A stretch of 64,000 nt of DNA. Origin: the human T2T-CHM13v2.0 reference genome, Homo sapiens. The notes beneath the pieces are model-generated. The model did no database searches and was not told the DNA's origin. It saw nothing but the letters and a program-made list of their open reading frames with translations. A program made the translations under genes and the position numbers. Shown in pieces: positions 1 through 14,147 of this stretch (its first letter is position 1; each line of letters starts with the position of its first letter). The stretch is taken from NCBI RefSeq assembly GCF_009914755.1, contig NC_060929.1. One strand, given 5' to 3'.

Positions 1-1405
1 TCCCTACTCACTACTTACTCCCCTACACATACGCCTAACTTAGAAGAACCCATCGTAGCTGTTAGAATTATTTCTAAACTTAATTCTTCATTGTATTACA
101 ATCAAGACCACAAATTTCACAAATACCTTTTTGCATTCAGCTTAAAATATATTTTTCAGTTCTGTTCCCATTCAAAATGTTCAAATATGCCTCTAGTTCC
201 TAATTGAACAGGTTTATTAGGTGACATCATTTTAAAAAACAGATACTCTTTGGTAGTAATTTACATAAAAATAAGTCATGTGAGTTATTTTAACATTCAT
301 TACTGAGATGGGTTTGGTCAGACAGTATTAAAATATACTATCTAATGGACAGCATTACAATGCGTAATAAACAGCATCAGGAAGTAGGCACTATAAAATA
401 ATTCACACTCTGCTTTTACTTCCCCAATAAAGAACAAATATGATTTCGCTTAAATAAGACTTTATATCTTTATGGCAAATGTTAAAGTATTAAAATTTTG
501 TTTGAGGCCTGGTCCTTTTGTGGCTGAATGGGAGACACATACTGTCACAATGTTTGTAATGTTTTATTGTTAACTTTTTTGTTTATAGACTTGTCTTCCT
601 ACATAAGCCTTTTGAGAATAGGATCCTGATCTTTATCCCATACACCTAGTATGAAAACAAGCATGAAGAAGCCATTTGGCTAACCATTTATTAGCTGGTT
701 GAATTTGGGCATGTTCCTTAACATTTCTCTGTCTTAGTTTCCTCAAATACAGAAGTTAAAGGGGAGTAGAGTAGTTCCTGCCTCAATGATATCACGGTTG
801 TCAAATGATCAGAACTCCGCCTGGCACACAGCAGGTGCTCATTCAGTACTCCTCCTTTGTACAACTCAGGGAGGTGCCACTCACACAGTCCTCCCCGGAG
901 TTGTGCCCCTCTGGAACCCACCCTCAAAGTGTGAGATGTCATAATCATCTTCCTCATCATCATGATTATTAGGCCCAAGAAGAGAAAGATTTCATTTCAT
1001 CTAAACTACGGAGAGGGCGGCAAAAGTGTAAGCAGATCCTTCATGATAAGGATGACTGTGCCTACCTCCTAAAGGGAAAAAGCTCAGAATTCTGCAGAAT
1101 GTGTATGGATTTTTGTCCTGTCATGTAATAATCCTTGTTAGAGCTTTTCAATAAAAATGGATTATGACTGAGCCACATAGTATTAAACTTGGATTTTTGT
1201 CTTATTACCATGTATTCTAATAATTACTATGAACTAAACCCACTATAGACTAATGAAAATAGGATGCTGAATATCCCAGTGACAATTGAAATTTTTAGTT
1301 TTTAAAGAAATTAGGTATACAGAATGTCAATTGCATTAATTATATCATTGGGTTTCAAACTATTTTGAGACAAGATCTTTTTTTTTTTTTTTTCAAAATA
1401 TTAGG

Positions 1406-2138
1406 ACATCAATGGGTATTTTGTGTAGAGCGCCTGGATCCTATCCTCCTTGCCTTTTCCTTCTGTCTAGGGCTCAGCAGAAACACTGTGTTTGTCTCTG
1501 TAAACCAGATGGAACTGCTGACCCAGGTGGAGCAAAACTGGATAGTCAAATATTTGGGTTTGTAGATGATTTAAACATTTTGATATCAACATCTTTCCTT
1601 AAAAATATTTACCACATTTTGTTAAAGATGTAAAATGCATTTTAGTAAATCTGGAAATCAGAGAACTCAAAGAAAAATTTCTCATAAACTTACCACCTAC
1701 AACGAATTCCTTTTAATATTTTCATTTGCACTATTTTGGCCCTTTAAAACGTATGTATATATGTTTGTGTAATTTTCTTTTCACAGAATTGGGATTAAAT
1801 TCTATCTTTTGATTTTTGACTTTTTTTTTAACTTAGACAAATCTTACATATTTTTTCTATATCACTAAACATTTTTCTACAACATACTGTTTAAAGGGCT
1901 TCATTGCATTCCACATTTGGGATAGGTCACAATTAACTTATCATATATATGTGATCCATATATCTGTATATTTGACTATCTACAGTGACTCCAAAGGACT
2001 TCTGAAAAATTGCTCCACCTGGGTCAGAGGTTCTAAATGGGTTTACATAGACAAACACAATTTCTGGTGAGCCATAGCAAAAAGGAAAAGAAAGGACAAT
2101 AGGATCCAGGCTGTCTACACAAAATACCCGTTGGGTGT
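1406..2138. repeat. Diverged inverted repeat: arms ~1406-1566 and ~1954-2138, spacer ~390 bp
   Basis: gggtattttgtgtaga, gcctggatcctat, tgtgtttgtct-tgtaaacc, ctgacccaggtggagcaa and gatagtcaaatat recur colinearly as reverse complements. Confidence 0.92.
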
Positions 2139-5100
2139 ACAGACAGACAACCAAATCAAAATTTCAGTCTCTCATCCAAACCTATTCTTGTTATAATTCC
2201 TATTTACTGTAAACAAAAAATTTAAACAAAAAAGCCTCGAGTTGCGTGAATTTACACCACGTAAATGATAAGACCACAGAAACTATATTGTTCATAGCGT
2301 TAAATTCTGAAATATGTACTGCCCAGTCTATTTTGCAGTTGGGGATTTATCCAGAGGTGAAATTCCTGTGAAACTGCTCTCTGGATCTGGAGGAAAAGAA
2401 AATGTTTACAGTTTAAAGAACTGTCAAAAATACAGAACAAAATTTTTGTCTTTCTTATTTATTGCTTGAAAAAAGTAGGAAGGAAAACTAGATAATTTTC
2501 TTTTTAAAAATATATTTAATGCCTATTTACATTTTTGTTTTAAAAAGTGAATCCTGGATTACACTGTAGAAATACACAGAACTCACACAAAATCTCTTAA
2601 TAGTTATTTAAACACAAAATCTCTGAATGGTTTATTTTAGGACTGGGATTCATTCTCCCCTTATTTTCTTTTTTTCACTGAGGAAAGTGTGTTTATGTGG
2701 GCTTTGTTCTTGAATGTAGATTTAAGCAGAGCGTTGCTGTCCTTTTTAGCAAGAATTGTGTCTTGATGAATATGTAACAATAACATTCAAATATATTTGC
2801 CTTTTTCTTCATTTACTTTAATTTTCAGAATCACAATCATGTTTTCATTAAAAGGGGAAAGTAGTTTAGCTTATTTGTTAAGAGCAACTTTGCAGTCAGA
2901 CAGAATTAAGGTCAGAATCTCGTTCCATCAGTCATTAGTTGGATGATCTAGAGTAAGTATTAAGTTGCTTGACCTCAATATGCCTTAGTTTAATTATGAA
3001 TAAAATAAGAATAGAATCACTTTTTTCAAAGTGTGATGGTAAAAGGTATGCAACAAATTTAGTGCAATGCTAGTATCTAGTAAGAGTAGTAAAGCAAAAT
3101 AAAAACCAACATAAAACAAAAACTAGCATTAATATCAAATATGTTTTGAAAGAAACCCTTAGATATATTTTAACCTGGATTTAGTCCAAAAAGTAAACTG
3201 ACACATCTCAATAGTTCCTATTTGCTAATATAAACATTATTATATTTGATTCATCAAATGAAAGATACCTGTTGAGAAGAAAGGGAGGATTAAATACTGA
3301 TTCAAAGCATTCTCATCACCGTATGCATTCATAGTTTAGGGCCATTAGTTACAAGCCACAGAGATCAGTTCACACAAATAAAGACTTGGACAGGGAACTG
3401 TAGTGCTACTTATGTTTCTCCTGTAATTGTTACATGCATTAATATTCCATTTATATTTGGCCCTTTATCCTTTTAAAAACAAAAGTTCCTTTTGGACAGG
3501 GACCAGGGCTAACAATTGGAAGCCTATAAATATTTTCTATTTTGAGGGTCTTCAGTGAAGCTTTTGTGGTATTGCTGCTGCTGATAATAATATACTTGCA
3601 GGAACTATCTATTCATATTCTTCCCCCTACCACCAAAAAGAAAAATCTCTTGGTTTATTTTGCTGTTTCCACATACAGGAACCATAGATTTGCTGGCACA
3701 AATTACATGTGAATGGAAAGATCTGATGAGGATAATTAAATGACCTAAGATATACATATTAATATATAATATCTGCCCTGTCTTTATTCTTGTGAGAATG
3801 TGAAGTATTAAAAGTTTTTTTATAACTTGAAAAATAAAGTATTAAACATATGTAAATTGTGAAAAAAACGCCTTAGTCTACTAATTATGAAAGACGTAAA
3901 TAATTGCTGGGACATAAGGGAAACATTTGAAGCTGCAAATCATACTGTTGAAATGTCATTGGGATTGCCCACAAACCAGATCTAAAGCATTAAATTTCAT
4001 ACAGATAATTCATTTTTAGCAAATGTTTGTCTGCAGGATTATTTCCTGTATTCATGATTTTCAGCTTCTATATGAATGAAAACTGAATGTGTAACTGAAG
4101 AACAATAAATATCAATTATGAGGGGGTGGTGGGGGGCAGGCTAGGGATTTGAAGTAGCACAATACCCATCCAGAATACCCACAGTTCAACTCCAGATGCC
4201 ATGAAGAAAGGTGGCCCTGGTGTTGCCAGATTTTCTTTTTTTTTTTTCCTAAGAGGAGAAGATATTTTAATATCTCCTGAAATGTCAAAATTATAAAATT
4301 TGGATAAAAGTGTGTTTTAAAAAATATTGTGTTAGGAGCATATATTGCTTTGTACTAACATTTCACTCAGGTTTACAAACACTTTTCTTGAGCTGGGTCC
4401 AGTCCACAAGGCTCCAGTTTGTAACCACTGTGCTACATAATCAGACAGACTTTATTTCCATCTCAGTTAAAAAAATCGCTAATTGAATGGCTTTGGGTAT
4501 AACATTTAACCTATCAAAGCTTCATCTTTATTGGCAAAATGGGAAGAAAAATGCCTACTTCACCAGCCTGCTGTGAGAACTGCAAAAACAGGCATGGATG
4601 AAAATACTCAGCGTACTAGATGCATAATAGATGCTCAAAGAATTTAGGTCTTTTTCTCATTTTCTGGATAACTTTAAAAAGGAAGTTGTTCTGTTTTGTT
4701 CCTTTCATACTTGCTATATTCAGAGCATATCAGATATCCTTGTTATTAGGAAGGTCAGCGCTAACGCATTAACTACTGGAATAAATAGTTTTACTTGAAT
4801 TATAAAGAAAATTCTAAACTATGGGTCTCTCCACATCTTCTAAAGAGTAAAGATGAGTCAGCATCAACTCTGAAAAAATTTTCAAATTTACCTAGGGGGA
4901 AGTGCATCTTTGGCAAAAGTCTGCCTTGAACGAAATGCTCTTCCACTGCTTCATCGGCTACTCTCTGTCATAAGGATCCTTTCGTTGGTCAAACAGCACT
5001 TAAGCACCACAAGGCTATGATTAGTGATGGCACCACGTGAACTGAGAACTGATCAATTCTGCTTAGATTACAGTTGACTACACGGCCAAAGATCAATGTT

Positions 5101-7878
5101 TCAAAGCAAGAGGATTATACAAAATAAATGTAGACAGTTCATGTTTTCAAACTACACATGTTAGTGAAAGTTCAGCAAGCAAATGACCAGCGAGTGGCTA
5201 GAAATATTAATTCTTGTCTCTTTACTACATTTCAGGGGCCTCGACTAAACCATGTAGGCTTGATTTCAATAACCGTACGTAGGATGAAAGGAGAAAAACA
5301 TAAAGTCACATACCATAGTTAAAAGAGATTAAACAGTATATATGTAGTCAAATCTGCCCATGTAAGAGTGTTAGTATGAATCAGGCATGTTTAAGTGTGC
5401 ATTTGGATACTGGACTCTTAAACCTGTAGAGAGCAAAAACCCAAAGGTCACACTCAGATGCAACAATCGATTTCCCTTGTCGTAGGCTAATATTTTCCTT
5501 TCTCTTGTTTCAGAGTGTGGCATTGCACCCTGTAGGTCAAAAATGTGGACAATCTGGCTAAGAAGAGAGCAAGACAGGTAAAGCATTCCTTCTATGTGAA
5601 ATTGATTGGGGGAAGGCATTCCTTTCTACTTCATTTTTAAAAAGCTGAGACTTATTTTTCATTATTGCTAAACATTTTAAGCATCTGGCTCAAAATACTC
5701 TGTATTCTAAATTTTATAGATGATTTTATTTAATGAAGTCCTTTAAAAAGAAGTCAAAATTCAAATGTTTTCCATAATATAGCTAAAAATAATATATTCT
5801 CTAAAATACAAAACCTGTTTTATAGTTAATTAACTACAACTTAAATTACTCCTTAAAAGACAACAGGAAACAGAGACTGACCCAGTGGTCAAAATAATTC
5901 CTTCCTTTGGGTTTAGGAAACTAGAACTGAGAAGATGATGGAGAAACCCCTGTAATTCCAGAGTACCCATTTTCATAATCTGAATTACCTAGCAAATCCA
6001 TAAGAAAGCAAGTTGAGGGCCTATAATATCTTCAAAACATCTAAGTCCTTCTCTCTCTGTTGCCAATGTCAATTAGCAGAATTAGCAGCTTGTGAATTCT
6101 CAGCATGGATTTTTTAATATAAATTCTCCAAATTGGTTATCATCATATAAAAATTTGTTGACTGTTTTGCTCTTCATTTAATGGCTTATTGGTAGAATGA
6201 GACAATAGCCTAGATTTTACAGAATGGTACTTATTTAAAATATTGTCAAGTTGTTTTCATGAGTATTCTTGCACTTAAAATACCTAATAATTTCATTTTG
6301 GAAAATAGGTTCAAATTAGGTATGCTTGACCTATGAGTAGGTTAAGGGCCTTAAATATACGTCAGTGATGACTACGGAGTAAGAGCTCAGTTTATTTTTG
6401 GAATGTACCTCTCTCCATGAAGTGCTACATAAGAAAGAGCCAGGTAAGAAATGCGGGTAAAAAACAATTGCCTGGTTTTTACTGTGGTTATAAGCATTTT
6501 TCAGGGGAACATTTCCAGTTTGGAAAAGATGGCATGATGAAAATATCACCCTCTTCTCCTAAGCACATGCTCAGAGGCTTTTTTAGAGTCATAATAATCT
6601 CAGCAAATTTCCCTTCTTGAAAATAATACCGAGTGGTTTTCTGGCCACATAGTGTCAGCTAAAATTTGTCAGATTTAGTTTTCCATGCATATTCTAACTG
6701 AAACTGGACTCCAGAAATTCAAGAATTGCAGTAAGTGCCATGATCTTGATTTAGGTGCCAAACAAAGAAAGGCAACAAAGGCTTTTTCCTCATACTTAAG
6801 TTACAGCGTATCAGCAGGTTAGACACCCGTAGAAATCACTGTCCTCAGTGGTTCAAAGGCATGTCCGTGTGTCTGTCAAGCTAACCCTCTTGTACAAGTC
6901 ACTCTTTTTATATTTGATTTCAAAACTCTCATGAAAGCAGGATGCTGCCTTAATTTATCTTTGGAGTGAGATGCATTTCTGATTCAACTTAATTTTTGAA
7001 TGGAGATAGGATGGAATGATTTGTTTATGATTAGTGAATTTGGTAGAGTAGCTTTCTAAAATAGCACAATAGCTGTGAGTGTGTATCATATAACTTGCTG
7101 CTTATAATAATTAAATTACTAACTTATTTTAATAAATTAGTGAATTAAAAGGTATTCATTAATGATGTTACTATTTCTGACTTGCAATTCAATTTTTAAA
7201 AGAAAATAAAAAGATCCACGGAAGTGTTCATAATCTTTCTTACTTATATTGTAGCATGTAGTGAGCAGTCTTTAATGATGGATTGTTAAGTGTTATGATA
7301 TATTACCTTTAAGAATATGATTTTGCCTTATCAAAATCATAACATCCTGAGGATGTGAATGCAATTCATTTTGTTTTTACAGTCAAATTAAAAGAATGAG
7401 AATCACAGTTGAAAGAGCTACTAGTTGAAGTCTTCTACAGTCTTAGGCCAGGAGCCCTTTAGGGGACTCTCATTCTTTCATTCATTCAGCCACTCAGTCA
7501 AACAGTCTTTATTGAGTATGCATTTTGTACCAAGGCATTCGTTACAATTGGTGAACAACACAGTTTCATTTTCTGCCCTCATGGAGCTTACATTCTAGTG
7601 AAGAGTAGGGAAAGCAAATAAATAGCTCTGTAATTACAACTTTTGATACGTATTATGAAGGAAACACACAGGTTGCAGAGAGTAAAACGGGATATATACC
7701 TAGGGAATTTTCTCCAAGGTATTATGTTTAAAGCTCAAAGTTTAAGAAGAGTCAACCATTCATATTTAAAAAAGAGGAAAGAGTCAGATGACTGGGGTTT
7801 TATTTGAAAACTATGATATACATGAATTCATTATGAAATAATGAATATAGTGAAAAAAATAGCAAAACTACATCTTGG

Positions 7879-8256
7879 TGATATGGTTTGGCTGTGTTCC
7901 CACCCAAATCTCATCCTGAATTGTAGTTCCCATAATCCCCACATGTCGTGGGAGGGACCCAGAGGGAGGTAATTGGACCTTGGGGGTGGCTTTCCCCATT
8001 CTATTGTCATGGTATTGAGTAAGTTCTCACGAGAGCTGATGGTTTTATAAGGGGCTTCCCCCTTCACTCAGCTCTCATTCTTTTCCCTCCTGCCACCATG
8101 TGAAGAAGGACATGCTTGCTTTCTCTTCTGCCATGATTGTAAGTTTCCTGAGGCCTCCCCAGCCCTGCAGAACAGTAAGTCAATTAAACCTCTTTCCTTT
8201 ATACATTACCCGGTCTTGGGTATGTCCTTATAGTAGTGTGAGAACGGACTAATACA
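7879..8256 (+). mobile_element. MaLR solo LTR (THE1D/MST-like) with perfect 5-bp TSD cttgg
   Basis: tgatatggtttggctgtg start and ggactaataca end, with cttgg on both sides. Confidence 0.92.
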
Positions 8257-8337
8257 CTTGGTTTATTCTGAGAAGTCGTTTAAATATCTTCCCATAATGG
8301 ATTTGAGTTGCTTAACCAAGGTTAAAACTACAGGACA

Positions 8338-8660
8338 GGCTGGGCATGGTGGCTCATGCCTGTAATCCCAGCACTTTGGGAGGTCCAGGCAGGCAGATCA
8401 CTTGAGGTCAGGAGTTTAAGACCAGCCTTACCAACATGGTAAAACCTCGTCTCTACTAAAAATACAAAAATTTGCCAGGCACGGTGGTGAGCACCTGTAG
8501 TTCCAGCTACTCAGGAGACTAAGGCACAAGAATCACTTGAATCCAGCAGGGGGAGGTTGCAGTGAGCCAAGACCATGCCACTGCATTCCAGCCAGGGCAA
8601 CAGAGTGAGACCCTATCTCAAAAATCATAATAATAATAAATTAAAAATTAAAAAATAAAA
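8338..8660 (+). mobile_element. Alu (AluS-like)
   Basis: ggctgggcatggtggctcatgcctgtaatccc dimer with A-rich tail; degenerate TSD aaaactaca(g/c)gaca. Confidence 0.97.
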
Positions 8661-11600
8661 CTACACGACATACCACTACAACACTGGGGAAAACTAACAT
8701 GAATCTGAAACAGATGTGTTTTTGTTTTTGTTTTCTAATTGTTGCTGATATATGCACCTGGTGAAACTCCTAGTGACTCAAACAGGGATTTCACTGCCTT
8801 GGATTCAGACCTCATTCATTATCAGCAGACAAAGAATGACCAAGGTTAATTTAATACCCATTGTAAGATGCAGTGGCAGGTCAGGTTAACAGAGTTCATA
8901 TTTCCTGAATATAATGCCTGACTCACGACTGCTTTAAATCAAGCAGGATCTATCTGTATCATAAGAAGTATTTAAAAGTAAAGTGTGAACACTCTCAAGT
9001 GGGGGAAAAACAGCTTGAATCGTCAAGAAAAATGCATGCGGAAATTTAAAATTCAGTAGAGACACATTTGTTGACACGGATAGATGGCCACTATACATAA
9101 AGCAGAAGCAATATAAAACAATGCATACAGTATGGTCCATGTATGAAACTGTGTCTGCATGTGTCTCTATGTGCATATACAAAAAGATCTAAAAGGAAAT
9201 ATTCCAAAATGCTAACAGTAATGATTTCTTGATGGTAGGCTTATGAGCGGTTCTCATCTTCCTTTTACACATTTCTGTATTATCATTTTTCCATAATGAG
9301 GATGTGTTATTTTTAAATATAAAAAAAACTTTAAGCAACAAAATTTACTTGTAGTAATGAATAATGATTTAAAGAATAATTTTTTTAGTGTGACAGGTCC
9401 CATTTTTACTGCAAGCTAATTAATTATAAAGGACACTTTTTCCAAATGTAGAATACAGTTCAGACGCCATGATTTTCTATTTGGCCAGGGCTGAATTACC
9501 CAATACTTACACCAGTATGTGCCTAGGGCATTAATAAAGAAAAAGAGACACCAGAAAATTAGAATATTTGAAAAACAAATAAATATTTTTGATAGTTCAG
9601 AAAAATGTAGGAGAATTTGTTCAGAGAAAATATCAGAAAGTCGTTGAACTGATGCACACTTATTTTATGACAATATCATTTTTACTTTTAAGAATGTGTA
9701 GGTGGAGAGATAATTAGGACATATAGGTAGGAGGTGGCATAACTTTTTTCAAGATTCAGGACCTACAGGAATTTTAATCAGATCCTAAACACGGAAAAAA
9801 ATGGTCACCTCCCAACCTCTATGTCATTAAAAACAAAAACAATATTTATCTATAAAATAAGTGCATATTAGCCCAACAAAGTTCTGATTTTCACCCAAAC
9901 AAATGCTTCTACGTTTTTCTGATATATCAAGAAGCCTAGATTTTCTCTAAAATGCTTTTTGTGTGTGTGAGCCTTTTTTTGTTTTGTTTTGCTTTGTTTT
10001 TGTTTTTTGTTTTTTTGCCTGATACCCTAAGCACATAGTTAGTGTATTTGGCAATTAAATATGGCCAAAGAACAAATTTTGGTACCTGAAATATTCAAAT
10101 AAAATGAGCCACACAACACAGATTAGTAAATTGAATTAAAATTATCTTACCAATTAAAATTCAAATTGGTAAGATAATTTGCTACCTTTCTACTGTTGTA
10201 GTTTGTGCTCATGAGACTAGGGATCCAGCCTGTTACACCACTCACCAAACACAAATTTGGACAAGTCTAACCTCCCTGAATCTGTTTCCACTTATTTTAA
10301 ATAATTATTACGACACTAGCTTTGCTGATAATGATAGAATTGAAATGATAGAATATAAACTGAAATTGATAGAATATAAAATGAAAAAGAATGGAAAAAT
10401 GACAGAATCATAAAAACTTGTAATAATATAAGGTGAAGTGATGGTACTAATTACAACTATATTGTTTTCAACATTAACTGTTTCATGGATGTATATCTTA
10501 TATTCTCCAAGGAAATTCTTTCTTGCTAGCATACGCAAATGCTGCTAGTCATATAAAACCTCTACAAATAGTTGTTAGTCAATTTATTAATTTATCCTGC
10601 TTGAAAGCACATTTTCCCTTGATAGAATAATAGTGGAATGTGTAAACAGGGAATTGCAACACACTTCACAGAGTAACAACCAAGTATAAACCTAATTTAT
10701 GTCTTTCAGTAAAAGACCATCATTGCGTTATTTATGTTAAAACTTCCACAGTAAGCTCCAACCATGAGAAACAAAGCATTGACTTTTCATGAACCAAAAA
10801 GAAATGTAGAAAACTGTTAGACTCTCCAAATATTGCCTAAGTCATCCTGAAGCGGACTTGTAGCAGGCACATAAAATCAAAATATGTTCTGATGTCACTT
10901 GAAATAAGAAACATCCTATTACAAAGTGAGAAATTAATTAGTGTGTCTTAATTAAAACAAGTTTTACTAAAGACTTACATACCAATCAAAATATTTAACT
11001 TTAATATTCTAACATGAATGACATTTTTAAGATAGCATTTGAGTGGAAGATTAGTTTGTTAAACAGCACATTTAAACATTAATTTGTATATACCTTTCAT
11101 ATAATTTGTTTTTTTAAAAAAAACAACTTGATGGCCCTTGAATTACTTTGTACAAAGACCCCATTAAATAACACAGTACATTTTTCAAAATTAACTATAC
11201 AATATGAAATAATTTTAATATAGGTATTTGACATCATACTCCATAAAGCTGCTGAGAAAGAAGGGCTCTTATGAACAGGTAAATGTTCAGTTTCCTGAAT
11301 TCTGGCAGGATTACATGTAAATTTCTCTAAGAAGATGATCAGCTGATTTCTTTACAAATACCTAGAACCTGTAATTTAGAAGTCAACTACAAAATGGAGT
11401 CTTACTGTTATAACCTAGAAGTGTCTTATCTTAAACAACTAATGTACTCTCTCAAATAAATGACTCACTCTAGAAAAAGCAAGAGAAGTTCTTGAGAAGG
11501 AAATCTAGTACATCCTAGACAAATGCATATCTAGGTCATACTTTTGGAGGTTTTGATGAGAGAAGAATTCATTGCTTTATCTGATTAGCCAGTTGACTAC

Positions 11601-14147
11601 TCACACTTACTATGAGGAACTTCTACATTTGCATATTTCTCATCTTCATAATTCCTCATAAAGTTGAAGCCCATTGACTACATTTGAGGTTCCAAAAAAT
11701 AGCAATAAGCAATGTCCTGTGCTTATGCCCCATGCTTAGCTTATCTGAAACAAACGATTGCCATATTTCATTTTTCTCTTCTCTAAATGAAATGATCCTA
11801 GCTTTTAAAAATCTTTCCTCAGAGAGTTCAACTTCTAGTGCTTGAAACACACTTCACTTTTCTATGGCCCCTTAGCAAAGGCCATATAATTGTCTTAAAT
11901 AGTGGGGTCAAAAGCTAGACCTGTATTTCTATCAGGGTAATAGCTGACACATAGCTGAAACAGGCTATCTACAAGGAGTTTTAAGCACATGGCCTAAGGG
12001 ATTTGCCTCTGTTCAAACTGTACCAACTTTGCCTATAAAACCACCTCCAAATGAAAACTCAAAAAAAAGAAACAAAAACAAAGCCCCAGGATATCTGCTT
12101 TCATTGCATGAAATGGGGTCAACTAGTACAAATCTTAATTTTTTAAGTGTGCTATAGGCATATCTAACATTTTAATTTTTGGAAGTCAAGTGTTATCACT
12201 AAAAGATTCAGGATGCAATGTGTTATACAATTTGTTATAACATACAAGCCCAGTACCTCTTTCCTTGCCCTACTTCATATAGTTGTTAAAATTAGGCACA
12301 AAGTAGCATGAGTTTACAAAGCTATGGATCTATAATATATAACATGCTATGAGCACATGCACAATTGAGTCACCAAGGGCCCTTCTCATGTATAAACCAA
12401 ATAGAACAATTATTCTCAGCAAAATTAAACTATAAACCTGGTTCAAATACATGTGAAAATTATAAATGTGGGGGGTGTATGTAGAATCAGATGCAAGACT
12501 AAAGACCCAAACAATTGTTATTTTACATTGTAAAAAATGTCTGTACTGACAATGATATTGTTAGAGAAGAGAATAATGGATAAAACTATAATAGCCCATG
12601 TGGTAAATGTAATATTACTAATACACTTTACCTACATAATTTTTTCTGGCTTTAATTCAATGAAATCCATTATCCTGGGCGGGAATGGAACCTCCTCATC
12701 TCACGCATCTTTAGTCTCCTGAACTGCCTTAAAGCCTTGACATAATAAAAGGTCAAGCAGATCCCAGTAAGCATTTGTAAATTACAATAGACCCCCATTT
12801 CAGCTACAAGCCACACATTCTCCTGCTCGCTTTGCTCACTCTCTGGTTTCATTTCATTGTATAAGCAGACTAATTTGGAAACGGCTGGGCTAGGGTGCTT
12901 GGGAATACCTAGATTTTCAAAACAATCCTACTTTCCTACTTAATTATTTACAGAAGGAGACCCTTAATACAACATCTGAGAGAACTGTGAAATGGTTCCT
13001 GGATACTGAAGGAATGAACATCAGATAGCAGCACTATTAAATAAAATGAATACATTTCACCTTCCAGCTTAGCTGTGCTTCCTGGGACACAAGGCACAAA
13101 CATGAAAAGGTTGGGGTGGCATTTCAAGAAAACTGATTTGCTTCAACATTGATTTGGTAAGATGCTAGACACAAAATAATACCACAAACCGCCTCCCATT
13201 CCCATCATTGTAAATTCAGAGTCCTCAATATCATCCCCCACAAACCCAATTAAAAATAAAGAGGCAGGCTACAAATTTGCATCTAGTTCTATGACACAGA
13301 TCAAACGATAGGCATCTGTTCCAATCGGTCACAATGAAACTAAGGGACAATAACCAGAGTAAATTTCACATTAATCCAAATAAAGCCAATGAATAATAAT
13401 ATAAACCAGAAGCATAGTTTCAAAAACATGCAATTACTTCCAGGCATGCAAGGACATATGTAACCCATAAAAATGGTTGCAAAGCACACCCTACATATAA
13501 ATATGCTTCATAAATGCAATATAAATGCTAAGTGACATGTGTATATATGATCTGTATATCCATAAGATATACATGTGTAAGTTCACAGTCAAATCTACGT
13601 ATAAAATAAAACTGGGTCTTGCAAATGATTTCTCAACAAGAGTATATTAGAATATAAAATAAAATGTCAAATTCTGGGGCCACTTTTTCTAAGCAATCAA
13701 TAAAATAAGCAAAACCACCTTATAATGAGTCTGGTAAGCTTATGAGACACCAAATGTATTTCTGAAGAAGGCCCAACCCTGTATGTGAGAGCTGCAAATG
13801 AAATGATTCCTTTCAATAACACCCTCTTCTTGTTGTTAGCTCTTTTTCCAACCCCTGATGCTGTTGCTAAGCTTAGGAAAAAAGGCACCAAGTGGCTCAG
13901 TCTGCATTCTGAGCCAGTTAGAGATAAAATCAGAACACCATTTTTTTTTTTTAAACACAAGAGGTTGTCTTCTCACTTCTCTCTTCCTGGCAAGCTTCCT
14001 CTCCCTCCATCCTCATCTCTGTCTCCACATCTCCCCCTTCTAGTCTGAGGCACGGGAGTCATTGTTCAAGTTCAGGCCAGAAATGTATACACAGGTCAAA
14101 TAAGAACACTCTAAACCAAGAAGGGAGCCCTACTGTTTCCTACTCAC

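Noticed and set aside
4740-5650. Intronic stretch with scattered CpGs, a CACGTG and weak AG|GT recursive-splice-like motifs on the minus strand
   Set aside because: Motifs are weak or short and cannot be told from background without conservation or junction data.
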